From assembly GCF_009914755.1 (NCBI RefSeq), contig NC_060935.1: 64,000 bases of DNA. One strand, 5' to 3'. Source of the stretch: the human T2T-CHM13v2.0 reference genome, Homo sapiens. This document shows positions 1 to 19,100 of this stretch, one piece after another. A program made the translations under genes and the position numbers. The number at the start of each line of letters is the position of its first letter. Position 1 is the first letter of the stretch. The notes under the pieces were generated by a model. It was given only the letters and a program-made list of their open reading frames with translations, was not told the origin of the DNA and made no database searches.

Positions 1-3000
1 TATTTCCTTTTCCACAAGAGGCCTCAAACGGCTCCAAACATTCACTTGCAGATTCTGCAAAAAGAAAGATTCAAAACTGATCAATCGAAAGATAGGTTCA
101 ACTCTGTGAGTTGAATGCACACATCAAGAAGAATTTTCTCAGAAGGTTTCTGTGCAGTTTTGAAGTGAACATATTTGATTTTCCACAGAAGGCCTCACAG
201 TGCTCCAAATATCCACATGCAGATGCTACAAAAAGAGAGATTCAAAACTGCTTAATCAAAAGATGGGATCAACTATGTGAGTTGAATGAACACATCATGA
301 AGAAGTTTCTCAGAATGCTTCTGACTAGTTTTTATGTGAAGATATTTCGTTTTCCACAATAGGCCTCTAAGGGCTCCAATTATTCACTTGCAGATTGCAC
401 AAAAAGAGTGTTCCAAAACTGCTCAATCAAAACAAAAGTTCACCTCTATGAGATGAATGCACTCATCACAAAGGCCTTTCTCAGAATGCTTCTTTCTAGT
501 TCTTATGTGAGGATATTTCCTTTCCCACAATAGGCCTCAAAGGGCTCCAAATATCCACCTGCAGATTCTACAAAAAGAGTGTCTCAAAACTGATCAGTCA
601 ACAGAAAGGTTCAACTCTGTGAGATGAATGCACACATCACAAGAAGTTTCTCAGAATGCTTCTGTTTAGTTTTTATGTGAGGATATTTCCTTTTCAACAA
701 TCCGCCTCAAAGGGCTCCAAATATCCACCTTCAGATTCCACAAAAAGAGTGTTTGAAAACTGCTCAATGAAAAGGAAGGTTCAACTCTGTGAGATGAATG
801 CACACATCACAAAAAAGTTTCTCAGAATGCTTCTGTGTACTTATTATCTGAATATATTTGCTTTTCCACGGTAGGCCTCAAAGCACTCGAAATATCCACT
901 TGCAGATTCTACAAAAAGTGTGTTTCAAAACTGCTCCATCACAAGATAGGTTCAAAACTCTGAGCTGAATGCACGCATCACAAAGAAGTTTCTTAGAATA
1001 CTTCTGTGTAGTTTTTATGTGAACACATTTTATTTTCCACAGTAGGCCTCACAGCACTCCAAATATCCAATTGCAGATACTACAAAAAGTGAGATTCAAA
1101 ACTGCTCAATGAAAAGATAAGTTCAAGTCTGTGAGTTGAATGCACACATCATGAAGAAGTTTCTGAGATTGTTTCTGTGTAGTTTTTATTTGAAGATATT
1201 TCCTTTTCCACCATAGGGTGCAAAGGGCTCCAAATATCCATTTGCAGATTCCACAAAAAGAGAGATTCTCAACTGCTCAATCGAAAGATAGGTTCGACTC
1301 TGTGAGTTGAAAGCACATATCCCAAAGTAGTTTCTCAGAATTCTTCTGTGTAGTTTTTAGTTGAAGATATTTGCTCTTCCACAGTAGGTCCCAAAGGGCT
1401 CCAAATATCCACCTGCAGATTCTGAAAAAAGGTATATTCAAAACTGCTCATTGAGAAGATAAGTTCACCTCTGTGAATTGAATGCACACCTCACAAAGAA
1501 GTTTCTCAGAATGCATCTGTGTAGTTTTTATGTGAAGATATTTCCTTTTCCACAATAGGCCTCAAATGGCTCCAAACATCCACTTGCAGATTCTGCAAAA
1601 AGAAAGATTCAAAACTGCTCAAAAAAAAAAAAAAAAATAGGTTCAACTCTTGAGTTGAATGCACACATCACAAAGAAATTTCTCAGAATGCTTCTGTGTA
1701 GTTTTGAAGTGAATATATTTGATTTTCCATAGTAGGCCTCACTGTGCTCCAAATATCCACTTGCAGATTGCACAAAAAGAGAGGTTCAAAACTGCTCAAT
1801 CAAAAGATAAGTTTAACTCTGTGAGTTGAATGCACACATCACGAAGAAGTTTCTCACAATGCTTCTGACTAGTTTTTAAGTGAAGATATTTCCTTTTCCA
1901 CAATAGGCCTAAAAGGGCTCCAAATAACCACTTACAGATTCAACAGAGAGAGTGTTTCAAAACTGATCAGTCAAAAGAAAAGTTCAACTCTGTGTGATGA
2001 ATACACACTTCACAGAGAAGTTTCTCTGAATGCTTCTGTGTAGTTTTTCTGTGAAGATATTTCCTTTTTCACAACAGGCCACAAAGGGCTCCAAATATCC
2101 ACTTACAGTTTCAACAAAAAGAGTGTTTGAAAACAGCTCAATCAAAAGAAAGATTCAACACTGTGGGATGAATGCACACAGCACAAAGAAGTTTGGCAGA
2201 ATGCTTCTGTGTAGTTTCTATGTGAAGATGTTTGCTTTTCCATGGTAGGCCTCAAAGAGCTCAAAATATCCACTTGCAGATTCTACAAAAAGAGTGTTTC
2301 AAAACTGCTCAATCATAAGATAGGTTCAACCCTGTGAGATGAATGCACACATCACAAAGAAGTTTCTCTGAATACTTCTGTGTAGTTTTTATGTGAATAT
2401 ATTTCCTTTTCCACAATAGACTTCAAAGGGCTCCAAAAATCCACTTGCAGATTCTGCAAAACGAAAGATTCAAAACTGCTTAATCAAAAGATAGGTTCAA
2501 CTCTGTGAGTTGAATGCACACATCACAAAGAAGTTTCTCAGAATTCTTCTGTGTAGTTTTGAAGTGGACATATTTGATTTTCCACAGTAGGCCTCACTGT
2601 TCTCCAAATATACATTTGCAGATTCTACAAAAAGAGAGATTCAAAAGTGCTCAATCAAAAGATAGGCTCAACTCTATGAGTTGAATGCACATATAATGAA
2701 GAAGTTTCTAAGAATGCTTCTGACTAGTTTTTATGTGAAGATATTTCCTTTGCCACTATAAGCCTCAAAGGGCTCCAATTATCCACTTGCAGGTTCTAAA
2801 AAAAAAGTGTGCCAAAACTGCTCAATCAAATGAAAGGTTCAACTTTGTGAGATGAATGCACACATCACAAAGACGTTTCTCAGAATGCTTCTTTGTAGTT
2901 CTTATGTGAGGGTATTTCCTTTCCCAAGATAGGCCTCAAAGGGCTCCAAATATCCACTTGCAGTTTCTACAAAAACAGTGTTTCAAAACTGATCAGTCAA

Positions 3001-6000
3001 AACAAAGGTTCAACTCTGTGAGATGAATGCACACATCACAAAAAGTTTCTCAGAATGCTTCTGTTTAATTTTTATGTGAGGATATTTAGTTTTCAACAAT
3101 AGGCCTCAAAGGGCCCTAAATATCCACCTTCAGATTCCACAAAAAAAGTGTTTGAAAACTGCTCAATTTAAAGAAAGGTTCAACTCTGTGAGTTGAATGC
3201 ATGCATCACAAAGAAGTTTCTCAGAATGCTTCTGTGTAGTTTTTAAATGAACATATTTGATTTTCCACAGTAGGCCTCACAGCGCTCCAAATATCCAATT
3301 GCAGATTTTACAAAAGAGAGTTTCAAAGCTGCTCAATCAAAAGATAGGTTCAAGTCTGTGAGTTGAATGCACCCATCATGAAGAAGTTTCTGAGATTGTT
3401 TCTATGCAGTTTTTATCTGAAGATATTTCCTTTTCCACCATAGAGTGCAAAGGGCTCCAAATATCCATTTGCAGATTCCACAAAAAGAGAGATTCTAAGG
3501 TGCTCAATCAAAAGATAGGTTCAACTCTGTGAGTTGAATGCACACATCACAAAGAAGTTTCACAGAATGTTTCTGAATAATTTTTATGCGAAGATATTTC
3601 CTTTTCCACAATAGGCCTCAAAGGGATCCAAATATCCAACTGCAGATTCTACAAAAAGAGTGTTTGAAAACTGCTCAATGAAAAGAAAGTTCAACTCTGT
3701 GAGATGAATGCACACATCACAAAGAACTTTCTCAGAATTCTTCTGTGTAGTTTTTATCTGAAGATATTTGCTTTTCCACAGTAGGCCTCAAAGCACTCGA
3801 AATATCCACTTGCAGATTCAACAAAAAGAGTTTTTCCAATCTGCTCAATTATAAGATAGTTTCACCTCTCTGAGCTAGGTGCACGCATCACAAAGGAGTG
3901 TCTCAGAATTCTTCTGTGTAGTTTTTATGTGAACATGTTTGATTTTCCACAGTAGGCCTCACAGTGCTCCAAATATCCAATTGCAGAGTCTATAAAAAGA
4001 GAGAATCAAAACTGCTCAATGAAAAGATAAGTTCAAGTCTGTGAGTTGAATGCACACATCATGAAGACTTTTCTGAGATTGCTTCTGTGTAGTTTTTACT
4101 TGAAGATATTTCCTTTTCCACCATAGGGTGCAAAGGGCTCCAAATATCCATTTGCAGATTCCACAAAAAGAGAGATTCTAAACTGCTCAATCAAAAGATA
4201 GGTTCAACTCTGTGAGTTGAATGCACACATCCCAAAGAAGTTTCTCAGAATTCTTCTGTGTAGTTTTTAGTTGAAGATATTTGGTCTTCCACAGTAGGCC
4301 TCAAAGGGCTCCAATGTCCACCTGCAGATTCTGCAAAAACATAGATTCAAAACTGCTCAACGAGAAGATAAGTTCACCTCTGTGAGTTGAATGCACACAT
4401 CCCAAAGTAGTTTCTCATAATTCTTATGTGTAGTTTTTATGGAAAGATATGTGCTTTTCCACAGCAGGCCTCAAAAAGCTCCAAATATCCACCTGCAGTT
4501 TCTGCAAAAAGAGAGAATTGAAACTGCTCAATCAAAAGATAGTTTCAACTCTGTGAGTTGAATACCTACATCACAAAGAAGTTTCTCTGAATGCTTCTGT
4601 GAAGTTTTTATTTGAAGATATTTCTTTTTCCACCATTGGGCACAAAGGGCGCCAAATATCCACTTGCAGATTCTACAAAAAGAGGGATTCTAAACTGCTC
4701 AATCAAAAAATATGTTCAACTCTGTGAGTTCAATGCACACATCACAAAGATGTTTCTCAGAATGCTTCTGTGTAGTTTTTATGTGAACATATTTGATTTT
4801 CCACAGTAAGCCTCACAGCACTCCAAGTATCCACTTGCAGATTCTGCAAAAAGAGATTCAAAACTGCTCAATCAAAAGATAGGATCAACTCTGTGTTTTG
4901 AATGCACACATCATGAAGAAGTTTCTGAGAATGCTTCTCCGTAGTTTTTATACGAAGATATTTCCTTTTCCACTCTAGGGCACAAAGGCTCCAAATATCC
5001 ACATGCAAATTCTACAAAAGGAGAGATTCTAACCTGCTCAATGAAAAGATAGGTTCAATTCTGTGAGTTGAATGCACACATCACAAAGAAGTTTCTCAGA
5101 ATTGTTCTGAGTAGTTTTTATGTGAAGATATTTCCTTTTCCACAATAGGCCTCAAAGGGCTCCAATTATCTACTTGCAGATTCTACAAAAAAAGTGCTTT
5201 AAAACTGCTTAATCAAAAGAATGGTTCAACTCTGAGAGATGAATGCACACATAACTAAGAAGTTTCTCAGAATTCTTCTGGGTAGTTTTTATCTGAAGAT
5301 ATTTGCTTTTCCATGGTAGGCCTCAAAACACTCTCTAAATATCCACTTGCAGATTCTGCAAAGGAGAGTTTCAAAACTGCTCAATCATAAGATAGGTTCA
5401 ACCCTGTGAGATGAATGCACACATCACAAAAAAGTTTCTCAGAATGCTTCTGCATACTTTTTATTTGAAGATATTTCCTTTTCCACCATAGGCCACAAAG
5501 GGCTCCAAATATCCACTTACAGATTCTGCAAAAACAGAGATTCTCAACTGCTCAATCAAAAGATAGGTTCAACTCTGTGAGTTGAATGCACACATCAAGA
5601 AGAAGTTTCTGAGAATGACTCTGTGTAGTTTTTATTGGAAGATATTTCCTTTTCCACCATAGGGCACAAAGGGCTCTAAATATCCACTTGCACATTCTAC
5701 AAAAAGGGAGATTCTAAACTGCTCAGTCAAAATATAGGTTCAACTCTGTGAGTTGAATGCACACATCACAGAGAAGTTTCTCAGAATGCTTCTGAGAAGT
5801 TTTTATGTGTAGATGTGTCCTTTTCCACAATAGGTCTCAAAGGACTCCAATTATCCACTTGGAGATTCTACAAAAAGTGTTTTAAAACTGCTCAATCAAA
5901 AGAAAGGTTCAACTCCGTGAGATGAATGCACACATCTCAAAGAGGTTTCTCAGAATGCTTCTATGTAGTTTTTATGTGAAGATATTTCCTTTTCCACAAT

Positions 6001-9000
6001 AGGCCTCAAGGGGCTCCAAATATCCACTTGCAGATTCTATAAAAAGAATGTTTCAAAACTGCTAAATCGAAAGAAAGGTTCAACTCTGACAGATGAATGC
6101 ACACATCACATAGAAGTTTCTCATAATGCTTCTGTGTAGTTTTTACCTGAAGATATTTTATTTTCCACTATAGGCCTCAAAGCGCTCCATATATCCATTT
6201 GCACATTCTACAAAGAGTGTTTCAAAACTGCTCAATCATAAGATAGGTTCAACCCTGTGAGATGAATGCACACATCACAAAGTAGTTTCTCAGAATATTT
6301 GTGTGTAGTTTCAAAACTCCCCTATCAAAAGAAAGGTTCAACTCTGTGAGTTGAATGCACACATCACAAAGAATTTCCTCAGAATGCTTCTGAGTAGTTT
6401 CATGTGAAGATATTTCCTTTTCCACAAGAGGTCTCAAAGGGCTCCAAGTATCCACTTCCAGATTCTACAAAAAGAGAGCTTCAAAACTGCTTAATGAGAA
6501 GATAAGTTCAACTCTGTGAGTTGAATGCACACCTCACAAAGTAGTTTATCAGAATGCTTCTGTGTAGTTTTTATGTGAAGATATTCCTTTTCCACAATAG
6601 GCCTCAATGCTCTCCAAACATCCACTTGCCGATACTGCAAAAAGAGAGATACAAATCTGTTCAATCAAAAGATAGGTTCAACACTGTGAGTTGAATGCAC
6701 ACATCACAAAGAAGTTTCTCAGAATTTTTCTGTGTAGTTTTTTTGTTAACATATTTGATTTTCCACAGTAGGCCTCACAGCGCTCCAAATGTTCACTTGA
6801 AGATTCTACAAAAAGAGAGACTCAAAACTGCTCAATCAAAAGATAGGTTCAAATCTGTGAGTTGAATGCACACATCCCAAAGAAGTTTCTGAGAATGCTT
6901 CTGTCTAGTTTTTATATGAAGATATTTCCTTTACCACAATAGGCCTCAAAGGGCTCCAAATATCCATTTGCAGATTCTACAAAAAGAGTGTTTCAGAACT
7001 GTTCAATCAAAAGAAATGTTCAACTCTGTGAGGTGATTGCACACATCACAAAGTTGTTTCTCAGAATGCTTCTGTTTAGTTTTCATCTGAAGATATTTAC
7101 TTTTCCATGGTAGGCTTCAAAGAGCTCCAAATATCCACTTGCAGATTCCACGGAATTAGTGTTTCAAATCTGCTCAATTATAAGATAGGTTCAAACCTGT
7201 GAGATGAATGCACACATCACAAAGAAGTTTCTCAGAAAGTTTCTGTGTAGTTTTTATTTAAAGATATTTTCTTTTCCACCATGAAGCACGAAGGGCTCCA
7301 AATGTCCACTTGCAGATTCTGCAGAGAGACTCAAAACTGCTCAATAAAAAGAGAGGTTCAACTTTGTGAGTTAAATGCACACTTCCCAAAGAAGTTTCTC
7401 AGAATGCTTCTGTGTACTTTTTATGTGAAGATATTTGCTTTTCCACAGTAGGCCTCAAAGGGCTCCAAATATCCACCTGCAGATTCTGGAAAAAGAGAGA
7501 TTCAAAACTGCTCAGTCAAAAGATAAGTTCAATTCTGCGAGCTGTATGCATAAATCCCAAAGAAGTCTCTCTTAATGCTTCTGTGTAGTTTTTATTTGAA
7601 GATATTCCCTTTTCCACCATTGGGTGCAAAGGGCTCCAAATATCCACTTGCAGACTCTACAAAACGAGAGATTCAAAACTGCTCAATGAGAAGATAAGTT
7701 CAACTCTGTGAGATGAATGCATGCATCACAAAGAAGTTTCTCAGAATGCTTCTGTGTAGTTTTTATGTGAAGATATTTCCTTTTCCATAATAGACCTCAA
7801 AGGGCTCCAAATATCCACTTGCAGATTCTACAAAAAGAGTGTTTCAAAACTGCTCATTCAAAAGTAAGATTCAACCCTGAGAGATGAATGCACACATCAC
7901 AAAGAAGTTTCTCAGAATGTTTCTCTGTAGTTTTTATTTTAAGATATTTCCTTTTCCACCATAGGCCACAAAGGGCTCCAAATATCCACTTGCAAATTCT
8001 GCAAAAACGGAGATCCAAAACTGCTCAATCAAAAGATAGATTGAACTCTGTGAGTTGAATGCATACATCACAAAGATGTTTCTCAGAATGCTTCTGTGTA
8101 GTTTTTATGTGAAGATATTAGGTTTTCTACAGTAGGCCTCAAAGGGCTCCTAATATCCACCTGCTGATTCTGCAAAAAAAAAAAGAGGTTCAAAACTGCT
8201 CAATCAAAAGATAGGTTCAACTCTGTGAGTTGAAACCATACATCACTAAGAAGTTTCTCTGAATGCTTCTGTGTAGTTTTTATTTGAAGATATTTCCTTT
8301 TCAACCCTAGGGCGGAAAGGGCTCCAAATATCCACTTGCAGATTCCACAAAAAGAGAGACTCAAACCTGCTCAACGAGAAGATAATTTCAACTCTGTGAG
8401 TTTAATGTACACCTCACAAAGGAGTTTCTCAGAATGCTTCTGGGTAGTTTTTATTTGAAGATATATCCTTTTCAACCCTAGGGTGGAAAGGGCTCCAAAT
8501 ATCCACTTGCAGATTCTACAAAAAGAGAGACTCAAACCTGCTCAAGCAAAACATAGGTTCAAACCTGTGAGTTGAATGCACATATCATGAAGAAGTTTCT
8601 GAGAATGCTTCTGTCTAGTTTTTATGTGAAGATATTTCCCTTTACACAATAGGCCTCAAAGCTCTCCAAACATCCACTTGCAGATTCTGCAAAAAGAGAG
8701 ATTCAAAACTGCTCAATTCAAAGATAGGTACAATTCTGTGGGTTGAATTCACACGTCATGAAGAAGTTTCTCAGAAGGCTTCTGTGTAGTTTTTATGTGA
8801 AGATATTTGATTTTCCACAGTGGGCCTCACAGCACTCCAAGTATCCACTTGCAGATTCTACATAAAGAGAGATTCAAAACTGCTCCATCAAAATATAGGT
8901 TCAACTCTGTGAGTTGAATGCACATATCATGAAGAAGTTTCTGAGAATGCTTCTCTGTAGTTTTTATTTGAAGATATTTCCTTTTGCACAATATGGCGCA

Positions 9001-10953
9001 AAAAGCTCCAACTATTCACTTGGAGATGCTCCAAAAAGAGATTCTAAACTGCTCAATCAAAAGATAGGTTCAACTCTGTGTGTGTAATGCACACATCACA
9101 AAGAATTTTCTCAGAATGTTTCTGAGTAGTCTTTATGTGAAGATATTTCCTTTTACACAATATGACTCAAAGGGATCCTATTATCCAGTTGCAGATTCTA
9201 CAAAAAGAGTGTTTCAAAACTGCTAAATCAAGGGAAAGATTCAACTCTGTGAGATGAATGCACACATCACAAAGAAGTTCCTCAGAATGTTTCTGTGTAG
9301 TTTTTATCTGAAGATATTTGCTTTTCCACGGTATGCCTCAGAGCACTCCAAATATCAACTTGCAGATTCTACAAAAACAGTGGTTCAAAACCGCTCAAGC
9401 ATAAGATAGGTTCAATCCTGTGAGATGAATGGACACATCACAGAGAAGTTTCTCATAATGTTTCTGTGAAATTTTTATTTGAAGATATTCCCTTTTCCAC
9501 CATAAACCAAAAAGGGCTCCAAATATCCACCTGCAGATTCTGCAAAAAGAGAGATTCAAAACTGCTCAATAAAAAGAGAGGTTCAACTCTGTGAGTTGAA
9601 TGCACACATCCCAAAGGAATTTCTCAGAATGCTTCTGTGTAGTTTTTATGTGAAGATATTTGCTTTACCACAGTAGGCCTCAAAGGGCTCCAAATATCCA
9701 CTTGCAGATTATATAAAAAGAGATACTCAATACTGTTCAATGAGAAGATAAGTTCAACTCTGTCAGATGAATGCACACATCACAAAGAAGTTTCTCAGAA
9801 TGCTTCTGTGTAGTTTTCATTTGAAGATATTTCCTTTTCCACAATAGGCCTCAAAGGGCTCCAAATATCCATTTGCAGATTCTACAAAAAGAGTGTTTCA
9901 AAATTACTCAATCAAAAGATAGGTTCAACTCTGTGAGATGAATGCACACATCACAAAGAAGTTAATCTGAATGCTTCTGTGTAGTTTTTATCTGAGAATA
10001 TTTGCTTTTCCACTGTTGGTCTCAAAGCACTCCAAATGTCCACTTGCAGATTCAACAAAAGGAGTTTTTCAAAAATGCTCAATCATAACATAGGTCCAAC
10101 CCTGTGAGATGAATGCAAACATCACAAAGAAGTTTCTCAGAATGTTTCTGTGTAGTTTCTACTTGAAGATATTTCCTTTTCTACCTTAGGCCACAAAGGG
10201 CTCTAAATATCCACTTGCAAATCCTTCCAGAAGGGAGCTTAAAAACTGCTCAATCAGAAGATAGTTTCAACTCTGTGAGTTGAATGCACACAACCCAAAG
10301 AAGTTTCTCAGAATGCTTCTGTGTAGTTTTTATGTGAAGATATTTGCTTTTCCACAGTAGGCCTCAAAGGGCTCCTAGTATCCACCTGCAGATTCTGCAA
10401 AAACAGAGATTCAAAACTGTTCATTCAAAAGATATGTTCAACTCTGTGAGTTGAAAGCATACATCACAAATAAGTTTCTCTGAATGTTTATGTATAGTTT
10501 TAATTTGAAGATATTTCCTTTTCGACCCTAGGGCCCAAACGGCTCCAAACATCCACTTGCAGATTCTACAAAGAGACAGATTCAAACCTGCTCAATAAGA
10601 ACATAAGCTCAACTCTGTGAGTTGAATGTACACTTCACAAAGTAGTTTCTCAGAAATCTTCTACGTAGTTTTTATGTGAAGATATTTCCTTTTCCACAAT
10701 GTGCCTCAAAGGGCTAAAATTATGCAGTTGCAGATTCTACAAAAATAATGTTTCAAAACTGCTCAATCGAAACAAAGTTTCAACTCTGTGGGTTGAATGC
10801 ACACATCATGAAGAAGTTTCTGAGAACGCTTCTGTGTAGTTTTTATTTGAAGATATATCCTTTTCCACCATAAACCACAAAGAGCTCCAAATATCCACTT
10901 GCAGATTCTGCAAAAAGAGAGATTCAAAACTGCTTAATAAAAAGAGAGGTTCA
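1..10953 (-). repeat. Monomeric alpha satellite, old A-type-only layer (reverse orientation)
   Basis: ~171-bp period. Reverse complement of the alphoid consensus (TTCAACTCTGTGAGTTGAATGCACACATCACAAAGAAGTTTCTCAGAATG). Monomers carry TTTCCTTTTCCAC-A-TAGG or close variants (A/pJ-alpha box); no CENP-B box seen. Neighbouring monomers are diverged. Confidence 0.97.
1621..1637 (+). repeat. Poly-A run (A17) inside an alpha satellite monomer
   Basis: CTGCTC-A17-TAGG where sister monomers read CTGCTCAATCAAAAGATAGG. Confidence 0.9.
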
Positions 10954-16119
<5,166 letters not shown>

Positions 16120-16126
<7 letters not shown>

Positions 16127-16135
16127 ACTCAGAGA
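16120..16135. other. Inversion junction between oppositely oriented alpha satellite blocks (breakpoint ~16126/16127)
   Basis: ...TTTCCACCATAGACCTCAAT (reverse monomer) abuts ACTCAGAGAGTTGAAACTTCCTTTTGATAGAG (forward monomer). Confidence 0.95.
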
Positions 16136-19100
16136 GTTGAAACTTCCTTTTGATAGAGCCGTTTTGACACACTTTTTTTGTAGAATCTGCTAGTGGATAT
16201 TTGGAGTGATTTGAGGCCTTCGATGGAAACAGAAATATCTTCACATAAAAACTAGACAGAAGCATTATCAGAAACTTTTGTGTGATGTGTGCATTCAGCT
16301 CACAGGGTTGAAATTTTCTTTTGATAGAGCAGTTTTGGAATACTCTTTTTGTAGAATCTTCAAGTGGACATTTGGAGAGCTTTGAGGCCTATGGTGGAAA
16401 AAATCTTCACATAAAAACTAGAAAGAAGCATTCTCAGAAATTTCTTTGTGACATATGCATTAAAATCACAGAGTTGAACATTCCTTTTGATAGAGCAGTA
16501 TTGAAACACTCTTTTTGTAGAATCTGCAAGTGGATATTCAAAGTGCTTTGAGGCCAATGGTGAAAAAGGAAATATCTTCACAAAAAACTAGACAGAAGCA
16601 TTGTCAGAAACTTCTTTGTGATGTTTGCTTTCAACTCAGAGAGTTGAACATTCCCTTTTATAGAGCAGTTTTGAAACACTCTTTTTGTAGATTTTCCAAG
16701 ATGATATTTGGACCACTTAGAGGAATTTGTTGGAAACGAGAATATCTTCACGTAAAAACTAGACAGAATCATTGTCAGAAACTTCTTTGTGATGTTTGCA
16801 TTCAATTCACAGAGCTGAACATTCCTCTTGATAGAGCAGTTATGAAACACTCTTTTTGTAGGATCTGTAAGTTGATATTTGGACTGCTGAAAGGCCTATG
16901 GTGGAAACGGGAAAATCTTCACATTAATACTAGACAGAAATGTTCTCAGAACCTTCCTTGTGATGTGTGCATTCAACTCACACAGTTGAACCTTTCTTTT
17001 GATAGAACTGTTTTGAAAAATTCTTTTTGTAGAATCTGCAAGTGGACATTTGGAGTGCTTTGAGGTCTACACTGAAAAAGGAAATAACTTCACATAAAAA
17101 CTAGACAGAAGCACTTTCAGAAACTTCTTAGTGATGTTTGCTTTCAACTCACAGAGTTGAACATTTCTTTTCATAGAGCAGTTTTGTAGCACTCTTTTTG
17201 TATAAACTTCAAGTCGATATTGGGTCACTTTGAGGCCTTCATTGGAAATGGGAATATCTTCACATAAAAACAGGACAGAAGCATTTGAGAAACTTCTTTG
17301 TGATGTGTGCATTCAACTCTCAGAATTGAGCATTCCTTTTGATAAAACAGTTTTGAAACTGAAACACTCTTTTTGTAGAATCTGCAAGTGGATATTTTGA
17401 GCGCTTTGAGGCCTTTGGTGGAAACAGGAATATCTTCACATAAAAAGTAGACAGAAGCATTCTCAGAAACTTCTTTGTGATGTCTGCTTTCAACTCACAG
17501 AACTGAACCTTTCTTTTGATAGAGCAGTTTTGAAACACTCTTTTTGTAGAACCTGCAACTGGATATTTGGAGCGCTTTGAGGCCTATGGTGGAAACGGGA
17601 ATATCTTCACATAAAAACTAGACAGTAGCATTCTCATAAACTTCTTTGTGAAGAGTACATTCAACTAAGAGGGTTGAACCATCCTTTGATAGAGCAGTTT
17701 TGAAACTCTATTTTTGTAGAATCTGCAAGTGAATATTTACACAGCTTTCAGGCCTATGGTAGAAAAGGAAATATCTTCACATAAGAACTAGACAGAAGCA
17801 TTCTCAGAAACTACTTTGTTTTGAGTGCATTCAACGCACAGGTTTGAACCTTTCTTTTGGTAGAGTAGTTTTGAAACACTCTTTTCCTAGAATCTGCATG
17901 TTGATATTTGGAGCTTTTTGAGGCCTTCGGAGGAAATGGGAATATCTTCACATAAAAAATGGACAGATACATTCTCAGAAACTTCTTTGTGAAGTATGCA
18001 TTCACCTGAGAGAGTTGAACTTTCCTTTTGAGAGAGCAGTTTTGAAAAACCCTTTCAGTAGAATCTGCAAGTGGATATTTGGAGCGCTTTGAGGCCTTTG
18101 GTGGAAACTGGAATATCTTCACATAAAAAATGGAGAGAAGCATTCTCAGCAACTTCTTTGTGATGTGTGCATTCAAATCACAGAGTTGAACATTTGTTTT
18201 GATAGAGCATTTTTGAAGCACTCTTTTTGTAGAATCTGCAAGTGGATATTTAGATGGCTTTGAGGGTTATGGTAGAAAAGGAAATATCTTCACATCATAA
18301 GAAGAAGACAGAAGCATTCTCAGAAACTACTTTGTGATGTGTGCATTCATCGCACAAAGTTGAACCTTTCTTTTGATAGAGTAGTTTTGAAACACTCTTT
18401 TTGTAGAATCTGCAACTGGATATTTGGAGCGCTTTGAGGGCTATGGTGGAAACGGGAATATCTTCACATAAAAAGTAGACAAAAGCATTCTCAGAAACTT
18501 CTTTCTGAAGTAAGCATTCACCTCAGACAGTTGAAACTTCCCTTTGAGAGAGCAGTTTTGAAACACTCTTTTTGTAGAATCTGCAAGTGGACATTTGGAG
18601 GGATTTGTTGCCTATGGTGAGAAGGGAAATATCATCACATAAAAACTAGAAAGAAGCATTCTCAGAAACTTCTCTGTGATGTTTGCATTCAACACACAGA
18701 GTTGAACCTTTCTTTTCATAGGGCAGTTTTGAAACTCTTCGTAGAATGTGGAAGTGGACATTTGGAACATTTTGATGCAAATGGTGACAAATTAAATATC
18801 TTCACATAAAAACTAGACAGAAGCATTCTCAGAAACTTCTTTGTTATGTTTGAATTTAACTCACAGAGCTGAACATTTCTTTTCATAGAGCAGTTTGAAA
18901 ACATTCTTTCTTGTAGAATCTGCAAGTGGATATTCGGACCACATTGAGGCCTTCATTGGAAATGGGAATATCTTAACATTAAAAACTAGACAGAAGCATT
19001 CTCAGAATTTTTTTTTTTTGACTTGTGCATTCAACTCAGAGAGTTGAAATTTCCTTTTGATAGAACAGTTTTGAAATCCTCTTTTTGTAGAATCTGCAAG

